DNA of 64,000 nt from Callorhinchus milii (taxonomy: Eukaryota), in NCBI RefSeq assembly GCF_018977255.1, contig NW_024704742.1, positions 81,408,001-81,472,000 of the forward strand. Reading direction: 5' to 3'. This document shows, piece by piece, positions 40,201-52,200 of this stretch. Under the pieces are notes generated by a model, which was not told the DNA's origin, made no database searches, and saw only the letters and a list, made by a program, of their open reading frames with translations. Position 1 is the stretch's first letter; the number at the start of each line of letters is the position of its first letter. Position numbers and translations under genes: made by a program.

Positions 40201-43200
40201 GAATAGCTGACGAGGAAACGCTGAGGCTTGGGCCTACAGCTGCTGCAAGGTGTTACCTGGAGACCATGTTTGTGAGCACATGTCCCTGAATCCATTACTT
40301 GACATCCAACTTGATTGGCTTGCAGAGAGGCAAACAGCTCCTGCTCAAGATACACATTCCTACTGGTGGAACCATCATTCAATGGGAAGCAATGTTTGCC
40401 CGAGCTGTGGGCAGGAAGACGGTGGCAATTCTCTCACACATTTCATACTGAATTGTGTTGCCTACCAGGAAGCTCGCAGGGAGTTCCTGGTAACCTACCA
40501 TCCACCTAGTGAGGACTCAAAACCATGCTTGTCAAATGACCATCTAGTGACTATCCTCCTTGGGGGATGGCGGAGGCAGGTAAATTGGCTCCAAGTTGAC
40601 ATGTTTGACAACAGTATGTTGTTTGGAGGCCACGCAGTAACTGCCTCGGTAGTCCAGTTCGTGAGCCACGTGGTCTGCAGTATACCAAGGCACTGATGAT
40701 GACAGAACAGCCAGTCTGGCTCATCGGCAGGATTTGGAATGGCAGACCAGGCACTGGGGCAGGGAGCCATCCTACTCAGCTCCTGTTAACCCTGCAAGCC
40801 AAAGCCCTAACTGGCAGGGTGGTTCTAGCTGGACAAGCAGCGGGAAAGCTTGCTGGACAGCAATATCAACAACAGCAACAACTACTTGCATTTATATAGT
40901 GACCTTCACGTGGGGTAGTATCCCGGAGCGCTTCAACTGAGAGTTTAATCAATGGCAAGCTGTGTGGTTCTAGTTGGTTCCACACCAATGCACACTCTGA
41001 AGTTCCCAAACCTTGGCTCTTGCCAATGTGCATCTAATACTCTATGGAATTAGATAAGCAGGAAGTGTCCCTCCAGGGGCGTGTGCATTCCATTCCAGCA
41101 AATATCTCTGGAATTTCCATGTGTAGGTGGGATGCATGGAACTTTCAGTTTTGTTTGGTACTCTTAATGTGATGGGTTTCCTCATGTAGTTGACCAAAAT
41201 AAAATCTCAAAGTGCTTCACGAGCATTTACTGTGAAGCAAAGTGACTGCTTTATATAGACTTGGCAGCTATTTAACTGCAAGAGCAAAGTCCCGCAAACA
41301 GCTAATGCGGTGAAAGACCAATTCATCTGAAAATTGTGTTGGCAACACATGGGAATAAACTGCCTTCAGTTTCACAGTAGTGTCATAAACCTCAACGTGC
41401 AACTGAATGGTCAGATGATACCTCATTTGAAACATAAAAGTGCCATGATGATGAGCGTTGGCCTTTCTGACACATGAGCTTTGCGGGGCGGTTGGACTCA
41501 CCACTGATGTTGAAAACAAGATGAATTTTCTGGTCTGTTTCTGGAATATTTATGTTTGGTTTCTGGTTATGTTGCTTCTTAGGCTGCAGTTCGCCCATCC
41601 TCGGGGAGTCTGGCCCCCTCCTATGCCCATTGGATTGCTTCTGTATTGTGAGCACTTTGTCTGGCTCATCATAAGGGTATTCCATTTCATTCAGTGCATC
41701 ATAATTATCTCCCCAAAACACTGGCCCTGAGGAAACAGCAATTGGCTTGGCAGTTAATCGACAGAGGCATGGACTTTACGTGTGACTCTAATATAGCTGA
41801 CAGCCAGCTCACGTGTTACTTGGTTAGGCCACTGGTTGATACTGAAAGCATCTAACACACATGCAATGCATAGCAAACTTGCATGTATATTGCGCCCTTC
41901 ATGCAAGATAGTGTCTCAGAGCGCTGCACAATGGCGGAGTTGGGCACCAAGCAGGGGAGAAGGGAGGTGACCATAGGCATGCTTGAAAAGGTAAGTCTTA
42001 AGGTGAGAGCAAAAGTGTAACTGAGCTAATGTCAGAGCACATACCTATTATGGCAAAACCGTTGTCATAGTTATAATTGTACTCCAGGCATTGTGCTTTG
42101 GGCAAATCCTCCATTTCACATTCAATATCATTATCATCACCACACAAAGATGGAACCTACAGACATCAAATGCAATATCACTGCGATGTTTTGGAGCAAT
42201 GATAAAAGTGACGGTATTATAATGATGATCCTTACATTTGATATAGAGCCTTTTACATCAGGAGGACCTCTCAAATTATTTCACAGGGATTATTATGAAG
42301 TGTGGTGATAGTGTATTTTGTAGATGAATGTGGCGACCAATTTGTGCACAACAACGTGCCACAAACAGCCATTCTCCTCATCCAAAGGAAGGCACCTCTA
42401 GCACTGCATCGCATTGCAATTCAGCACTGATTTGGAGTGTCAGCCTAGACTAACTGAGAGTGCCAACATGCAGTCAAATCCATGACCTTCTCACTCAGAG
42501 GCGAAAGAAAGATGGGGTCAGACAATGAGTAATATTTCAGCATCTGAGACGGGGGAGGAAGGGGATGGTGACCATAGGTGCAGTCAGAGATAAGTTTTAA
42601 GGCAGGACTTAAAGACAGATAGAGGAGGAGAGACAAAAGGGTAGAGGGAGGGATCCTACATTTTAGATCTCAATATTATTCTGAGGCATATTAATTTGCT
42701 GATATTTTGCCTAGCCTGGAAGTCTGATACGAAAAGAATGCACGCAAGCTTACCATTTCAGCCAGTGCATTATTGAAAGCACTTGCGAAGCTATCTAGAA
42801 GGGTGAAGTCATCACACCGGTTCACTTTGTATTGCGTTTCAAATTTCTTATGCCCATTGTTCCCGAAGCGTTTCGCTGCAGTGGTTATAATAATAATAAT
42901 AAAGCAATAATAATAATCCTTGTATTTGATGTAGCGTATTGTCATATTGTTGACACAACTGAAAGTGCTTCACAGAATAAACTGTAAAGTGAATTCATTG
43001 TATATTTTGTGGGCAAAACATTTTATAAAAATGTAAAAGTCTTAAATATTAAGATAAAATTTCATATCAATATAGCAGGGTTCAAAAATAATTCTTGGAC
43101 TTCATGCAGTGTTTCAGTGAAAGTGACAGTGGCTGTGGTTACTAACTGCTTCAAAGACTAATAAACAGTTTTATATACATGTGGCACATGTGAACATCTC

Positions 43201-46200
43201 AATGTTTTCAACTCAAAGGGGTGAAAATCGCAATGTTTCTTATTGGATAAATGGCAGGATTTTGAGCTCATAGATCAGGCTGAAACTCCAGTGCATTACA
43301 GCAGGGGGGAGCCTAGCATTGTCGGAGATGCCGCCTTTCAAATAAAATGTTCAACTAGGGTCCTGTTTCACTGCTCAAGTGTACTTTAAAGATCCCATGG
43401 TACTACTCAAAAAGAGGAGTTTCTTTTCCCCCCATTGTCCTGCCCAGTATTCCTGCAGATAAATTGGACATTCCGTTCATTGGACATTGCTGTGTGCAAA
43501 TTGGCTACCAAATTTGTAGACAAATACAGTCTCTACACTTCGATAGCAGATAGCTGTGAAGCACTTTGTGGCATTTTGACATTATAGGAATTCAGTCACA
43601 TGCAAGGATTATTAAAGTGTGAAAGAGCTCATATTCTCGTGAAGTAGCACAGAATGGCTCCATTAAAATCTTCAGGTAAACCTCAGACACGACTGTTGTG
43701 CTGAAGACAGGGGAGGGCAGAGTAAGGTTTATGCCCACGAGCAGCCTTTAGTTATTGACTGGAAATCGCAATGTTTCTTAACAGATGTGTTAATTAGCAC
43801 ATCAAATAAAAACACATCAAAGCATCACAATTTACACCAGGGTAGGTTTGAATTGAGCAGTGTATCTCAAGGGGAATTACAAGCCTGCACTAGTTATTTT
43901 GAGTCCTTAACCTCAAAAGCACAATTAATAAACAGAAATAACTCAAAGACCTACACAATGAATAACATCACTTACTGGAGCAGTCAGGCCAGTCAGCAGT
44001 GGAAGATGGAACCCACAAACCATCATGGGCACAGTAGTAACTTTCGACTGGTGTGACAGCCAGTCCAAATCCATCAAAGCAATACAGAGTGCAGTTCATC
44101 CCCATGTCATCGGCATGACACATGAAGTCTCCATTCAGTGGGTTGAAAGGTATTTCACAAACCGTGTCTGTTGAGGAAATTAAATCTGAAATTACTTATT
44201 CAATAACAACTTGCATTTATATAGCTCCCGTCATGTGGGATAGCACCTCAAAGCGCTTAACAGAGGCAGTTTGCCTATAGTAACTTTCCCTTTCTTCTCG
44301 GCTAGGTGTCAGAGTCGAAGAGGAAAGTCTTCTAATGACAAAGCCACTGTATTCATCTGGGAACAGGGGATCAAAATTGACTTGTGTGCGGGTAGGGAGG
44401 GAGAGTCATAGGTAAAAGTATAAGTATATAGTTAAATATATTGTACCGTACCTCTGATGATGATTTGAATATCACATGTCCTGTTATTGCCCGATGGATC
44501 TATTGCGACGTAACGAACTATTGTTTCCCCTCGGCGGAACAAATCTCCAGGTGAATGAGTATTTTTAATTTCCAAAGGAGCACCTATAAACAAAGAAGTG
44601 AGATGCTTCCGAAGGGAAGTCATGCAATCTTTTGGGGAATGTGATGACTGAGAAAGGATGTCTCTCGCTATTCCTCTCCTTCTTTGATGTTCTTCTTATT
44701 GGAACTGAAGGTTTCTGTTATCTACATTAGAGTGTCTGACAAAACTCACTCTTAGGTGGTGGATAGTGATACGTCATGCAGATTTCTTAACTACTACTTC
44801 ACAATATTCAGCATTTAAAATCCACAGAAAATGATCTGGTCAGATTTATGAAGGACAGGAAATATTTTTTTTTTGCAAGAGATGAGATGTCCATTCACTA
44901 TCTGCATGCATTACAGACAGGACATTGCACAAACACAGTGGGTGACAACGCGACATTCCTATCTTAAATAACATTGATGTTATTAATTACACCATGGACA
45001 TTCCTCTTCTGAAGATGATCCAATTGAACACTTGACACTTCTTGAAATTGGTTCAGTCTAAAGCTGCTTGAGACAATCACTGAGCATTGGTTATATCTTT
45101 GAATCTGGCTCCCGAACTACCTCCTATTCCCGACTCTCACCCTGGTTCACCAGCCACCTCCGCTCAAGGGCCAGGTGTGGGCTGCCGAACGCACTTAGCT
45201 CGAATCCAGAATAACAGTCCACTGGCACATCTGGCTGGACCACATCAAACCTACTGCTCCGCTCTCGCCTCGGCCAAATGGTCCTTCTACTCCAGGTTAA
45301 TCCTGGAAGCGAAGGGCAACCCCAGGCTCCTGTTCTCCACCACCAACCGGCTCCTCCTCCCTCCACGCCACACCTCACAGGTTCTTTCCTCCGACTCACA
45401 CTGCGAGGAAATGCAGGACTTCCTCAAAGCCAAAATCGAGGGAATCCGCTCAGTTGCCGCTGCCCCTCCAACTTTCACCCCCTCCCTAAACCCCCCACCA
45501 ACCACTACCCATCCCTCCTTCCACACCTTTGAACCTGTCACCCCCTCCTCTGTCATCACCACCATATCCTCCATGAGGCTCACCACCTGCTCCCATCCCC
45601 ACCCCTCTCCTTAAATCCCAGCTCCACCGCCTTGCCCCACGACTCGCCGACATCATCAACCACTCCATTATCTGGCCCTGTTCCTATCCCACTCAAAACA
45701 GCCACTATCACCCCCACCTTGAAGAAACCCATCACAGCTATCTATGAGCTACCAGCCCATCTCCCACCTCCCTTTTTTATCTAAGAGAGCCATTGCCTCC
45801 CAGCTTCGCTCTTTCCTCTCCTCTCACTCCCTCCATGCCCCTCCAATCGGGTTTCTGTGCTGCCTACCTGTGTGACCTGGTAAAGGTCACAAATGACATC
45901 CTGACCATGTGTGACCAGGGATCCCTCTGCCTTCTCGTCCTCCTCGACCTCTCCGCTGTCTTTGATACCGTTGACCACTCAATCCTCCTCCACTGCCTCT
46001 CCACCCACCTCAACCTTCAAGGTTCTGTTCTCGACTGGTTCAAGTCCTACCTTTCACACCGCCTCCACTTCATCTCTGCAAACAGCTTCTCCTCCAGCCC
46101 CTACACCGTCTCGTGCGGGGTTCCTCAGGACTATGTCCTTGGTCCCCTCCTCTTCACCCTCGATATGCTCCCAATTGGTGATATCATCCGCAGATATGGG

Positions 46201-49200
46201 GTAAATTTCCACATTTATGCGGATGACACCCAACTCTATCTCTCTGCCTCCACCCTCAACTCCAGGAATACTGGCATCCTGACCGACTGCCTGTCCGACA
46301 TCAAGTCCTGGATGAGGGACAACTTTCTCCAATTGAACGTCAGCAAGACCGAGGGCCTCCTGATTGGCTGACGCCAGCGCCTCCGCACCTCAGACGCTGG
46401 CAGCATCAGCATCCACAGCTGCACACTCAACCTCACTATGCCAGTCAGGAACCTGGGTGTCTTGTTTGACCCTGAATTGTCCTTTCTTCCCCACATCTGC
46501 GCCATGACCGGCACTGCTTACCACCACCTCCACAACATTGCCAGACTCCGCCACTGCCTCACCCCTCAGGCTGCTGAAACTCTCATCCATGCATTCGTCA
46601 CATCAAGTCTCAATTATGGAAACTCTCTCCTCATCGGCCTTCCCAACTTTTCCCTTCATAAGCTGCAGATCATCCAAAACTCTGCAGCTCATGTACTCTC
46701 ACGCACCAGGCTCCGTGACCCCATCAATCCCACCCTCGCCCGACTCCACTGGTTCCCCATCCCTCATTAGGATCGAATTCAATATCCTCACCCTCACTTA
46801 CCTCTACCTCTCTGACCTGCTGACTGCCTACCAACCTGCCCGCTCCCTCCATTCAGCGGGCTCTGGTCTGCTTCATGTCTCCCGTCCGACCCGCCCTACC
46901 ATCGGTGGCCGGACTTTCAGTCTCTCTGCCCCCACACTCTGGAACTCCATCCCATGGGCCCTTCACTTCACTTCCTCCCTTGCCTCCTTCAAGGCCGGTC
47001 TCAAGACCCTTCTCTTCGATCGTGTCTTTGGTCGCCTTCCCATCTCTCTAACTTCCCTCACCCCTCCCCCATGCTCGTGTCCTGACCTGACTGTCCAGCA
47101 CCTTGGGACATCCTCCCAACGTGAAAGGCACTCTATAAATGTAATTTTGTTGTTGTTGCCAATTTGCAGAACCCTGTGTTTCATTGCTACAACAGCTAAA
47201 CTCTCCTTTCAGATAACAAAAGGTAATTCACAAACTGACTATTACAGAAAACAAATTTGAATTTTACTTTGGCAACAAATACACAGACTCACAGTAAAAT
47301 CCTATGAAGTACTTTGAGGATATCTCGATGATGTGATAAATTGCTATATCAAATGCAAGGAGCATTTTTTTTTAAAAAAGGGTGTTTTAGAAAAGCATGT
47401 AGAAGTCACATTAATGGTCGAAAAAAATATTTCTGAGAATGTCTATAGTACTGTTCGATATAATTATTGAAACTGTTATGAAATACATTTTTAGTTCCCC
47501 ATCCTCCGCTATCTTGCTGAGCACTGTCCCAATGGCATTGTGCGTCCACTGGACACAGCATTACCTGAGTTGTCTGAAAACTGTGGTTCATCCCACGTCA
47601 CCTGATGTTCCTCGTCGTGTGTCAGGATAGGCACTGGTGAGCGACACCTGTCAATCACAGGGGATTCGACATCTAAAGAATGTAAACAAATTGTTCCCTA
47701 AGCAAACATTTTCCTTTATCAGCTTGATTCAATTACAAATGGGAGTTATACAAACAGGTATTTAGCACTCAAAAGCCAATACGTGAACATGTGTCTGACA
47801 TCCAGATGTTTGCATTTCATTGCCACAGCAGGGAAGCTCCTTTAAGTGAATGAATGTGTCTGTCAAGTGTCACATTGTATATTACAGAGAACAACCACTT
47901 TTCAAACTGTTCACAGCTAACCTTTAAGGTTAATGATTCTCCAGTATTTTTATTTTAATTTCAAGCAAGTAAATCTGAAGGTGGCAGATCCAGTTGGATT
48001 ATACTTTAATGTATGGACTGCTCATTGACAAATAAATGATTTTTAAGCAGTGAAAGTAGAGTCTTGTCTCTATATGCTTTCAGAGTTTGCTATCTCATGT
48101 GCATGCATAACATGTGCTCGACAAATATTATGTAACAAAGCTATGCATGCAAGTTTCTATTTATTTTTGCACACAAAGGGTTTTGGAAATGTGGGAATCA
48201 GAGAAATGGAATTAAGTTGCAGATCAGCTATGATCTAATGAAATGATGGAACAGGCTTGACAAGCTGAATGGTCTTCTCCTGTCCCTGTATGCTTATATT
48301 CATATAAGTTAACATGAGGTATATATTACATGTATGATATTTCAGGCATGCCTTCACTAAGTTGCTTCCATTCCAACCAAGGTTAATCATTCTTTCACAC
48401 TGCTGTCTGATCAGAAAGCTCTTCTGGGCAGCTTCAAAATGATACAGAGCTTGTCAGGTTCAGTCTGTATATTCTGGAAGATAGGATCATCCAAGAGATC
48501 AGATGGCAATCCACACACCAACCATGCTCAATGGCCATCAGTCTGTAATGGGAAGCTTTCACATCAGAATGGTCAGTCACCATTTCTTCACATAGTTTTG
48601 AAACTAAGGTGTTTCCAGCAGAGTGTTTGGTTTCTCTGGGGCACAGAGGACATCCTTGAGTCTTCCACATTGGATGTAATTTAAGGGGCTCTACATGGAG
48701 GATAAATTATCATCACTGGTGGGAACATGGAAAGATAATGACTTCTTACCAGTAACAAACCCTTGTGACTACTCACCAATAACTCTTACGTTAAATGAGC
48801 AGCTTGCTTTGTTTCCCGCTTTGTCCACTGCTATATATGTGATGGTGACTTCGCCGATTGGGAAGAGGTGAGGAGGGACAAAAGCAGGGATGACTTGCAG
48901 AGACACCTGGATGGCTCAATGAAAAAATAGTTTAAATGACAGGTTTGCAGTTTTAACCACGATCTAACTATTTGGGTAAAAGGCAATTCACATTATGTGA
49001 TACTTATATGAATACTAAAGTAAGCAGTATACATATATATGAATAGCTATCATAGGCTTTGTATAGTAAAGATTAATAGTGCTCCAGTATTTAGTCTCAT
49101 ATCTAAAAACACATAGAAATCAGGCAATCCAAAACATCAAATTAAAATATACAAGTTCATTTGACCAATAAACAGGATTCCAACATGTCGTCTAAGAATT

Positions 49201-52200
49201 TATGTGTTACACATTTATTATATTGAAGGTATAGCATCACTGACAGACAAAAGAGACATGTTACTAACAGTTATTGGGGTCTAAAATGGTTTGAGCTAAC
49301 AGTTAACCATGGTGAATCCCATGCAAGCCAAACACTGACTCATTTTTTAAAAAAAGAAAACAGCCTAACGTTGTAATTGGAGGACAGTAGGCTAATTATT
49401 CTGAAAAAATCAGATCAAATGGGATGAAGGGATTTACTCATCCAAACCAATCTCGTGAGGTGCCTTTAATCATAGAAATAACTGTGAAGAAGCGAACCAC
49501 ATGTAATACTGAAATCCTTTAATTATATACTGAGAGGCCCCTGCATGGGTCTATGGGCTATTAGCCCAATCCGCATATTAGACCTCTTTTAACTACTGTA
49601 CGAGCAAATTCAAATTGAAGATAGATGTCACTAATGGGAGTGTGGAGCTTTTTTTAAAAAAATCACAATAAGAACTAAGAGTTGGTCAGAGAAAGATGAG
49701 ATCAATATGAGAGTATGATACACATTAAGCTAGTTGGATGTTGAATGGTTTATCTGGGGGTAACACCAGAGGTGAAAGCACTGCTCCTACCTCATCGCCA
49801 GAGTTATCATGTGCTTCCGGTATCTCCCAGCTGATATTCGCTGTTTTCTGGTGCTGCAAAGTCTCTGTTTCAATAGGCTCTGGGCACCTGATTTGAGGTG
49901 GGTCAATGTCTAATGAAGGAAACATGACAAAAAAAGCACTATCTTCATTTCATTTCAAACAACATGGAAAAACAAATGACATTCGTTTACACTAAAGAAC
50001 AATCAACCGGATTAACTGAGCAAAAACAGAAGTCGCTGGGAACACTCAGCAGGTCAGGCAGCATCTATGGAGAAAAGAAGTGAGTCAATGTTTCAGGTTC
50101 ACGACCATTTGGCCGAACTGGGGCATGTTGGGAGGGAAAGGCTTGTAAGGGCTAACAGAGAGGGGGGAAGGCAGGGCAACAAAGACAAAGGAGAAAGTGG
50201 GGTAGAGGACAGGGGATGATGGGTTAAACGGTGTTAATAATGCAAAGCAACCCAGCGACTTCTGTTTTTGTTTCAGATTTCCAACATCTGCAGTATTTTC
50301 AGGTTATGATTAACTAAGCGCTGGGAATTATCATCTTCATAGGAATTATACATCAGAAAGATAAATAATAAAGCAGAGGCTATACAATTTGTGTTGACTG
50401 TAGTTATCTTGGGCTGCATTGCAACAATGTAGGTGACAGTTTCCAAACAATCTGTTCCTATTCAAATTTTATCTTTTCCGATGGCTTTTAACACCAGGAC
50501 TAATAATACTGGAATAGTGTTAACATTTGTCGGAGCGAATGATTCATGCTTGTGTATCACATTTTTTTAATCACATGAATATATATATTGTCCTGCGCTG
50601 CACTGTGGCTCCACATTCATGCATTATGGACTTTCACTGTACGGGCGCAAAGCTGTTTCACTGACCCTGGGGAATATATTCTACTCTGTTTAAATCATGT
50701 AACAGCTCAGTACGTCAGAGAGCTGTGACATCCTGTTTTTAATTAGATAACTGTCGTAGCGTTCCAGAACTCAAACTCTCCCCTTGCCATGAAGGTGCCA
50801 TTGGGAAGCCTCTCAATCTAGTACCTTTACAGGTTGCTTTCTGCAGTCCCGCACTCCACCTGCCATTACTTGCACACCGTACGTTGGTCACTCCTGACAG
50901 GCTGTAACCAGGGTGACAGCTCAGCTGACACAAGGTGCCCGGTTTTATCGCAGCTTTCCCACAAACGTGCGGCGACACAATTACACCTTTCGGACCTCGC
51001 AAGGCTGAGCAATGGATTTCTGCCAGAATGGGAAAGATTCAGCTTTTAGTTTTGAAAACAGACTTAAAGGGAGAAATGAATACAGTTTGATGCAAAAAAA
51101 CAGAAGTTCGCAAACTTTTAGAGAGTAAAACAAATTAATAAAATGACAATCAATTTTAATTTGCTATCTACCACTGAGCACAAGGGAGATTAATTTTGTT
51201 CTTCAGACAAGATGTTAAACTGCATGTGCAGGTGAATGTTAAAGATCCCTTGGCACTACTCAAAAAGGAGAAGGGAGTTTCTCCCAGTGTGCTGGTCAAC
51301 AATCTCCTGGATAAAACTGATCATTCACTTCTTGGCTGTTTGTGGGAAATTGGTAATTGCAGATTGGCTGCCATGTTTGCCTATGCAAACACACAGTGAC
51401 TGCACTTTACAGTAAATGCTGTGAAATACTTTTGAGACGTCCTCTCGATGTGAAATGTAGAATATCAAATGTAAGGATTATTAAGAGCTTTAGGCTTCAT
51501 GTCATGAATTTCTTTAAGTACAATATCCTTTCAGTAAATACATAATTTGCTGAGATGGGTTTCCCACCAAACATAACGACCTATGGTTAAGGTTGGTTAT
51601 TTGCAGAACAAAATAATTGTTTATCTAGTGACGAATTCTCGAGTGTAACCTGCAGGACTTAGACTTACCAACACATCGTGGTGCCTTCCCATCCCACTGG
51701 GCATTGATCAAACAGGTGAGTTTTGCTCTTCCTTCCAAACGATAGCCCTTATTGCAGGTCACGTGGCAAACTGTCTTGTAGGAGGGGCTGTTTGTGGAGC
51801 AGTTCACAAAGCCATGCTCAGGTTTCCGCAACCTGGGACACGTACGGACTGTGTATTATAAAGAAACAGCAGTCAATAGACTGGAGGCTCCACAAGAGCA
51901 GACATAAGTTTAAACAGCCCTAGTACGATCTGTCCCATCTCTAACCTGCTGGTTATCACTGCATCAGACTGTCAGTAGATGAACCATAGATAAAGATCAC
52001 ATTGCACTGTTGCTGAGGATCTGTTTGCACAAAAATTCGCTTCTGCACAGTGTTTGTTCTCCTTATTTTGGCTGGGGTGCGGGGTGGGGGTGGTGGGGGC
52101 ATGGGTGGTGGTGGTGGGAAGAGTATAGGAATATTAATTGTAAGAATAGATTGGTGTTAATGAAATGGTCCTTTCATGGTTATAATGACATTCATTAAAA

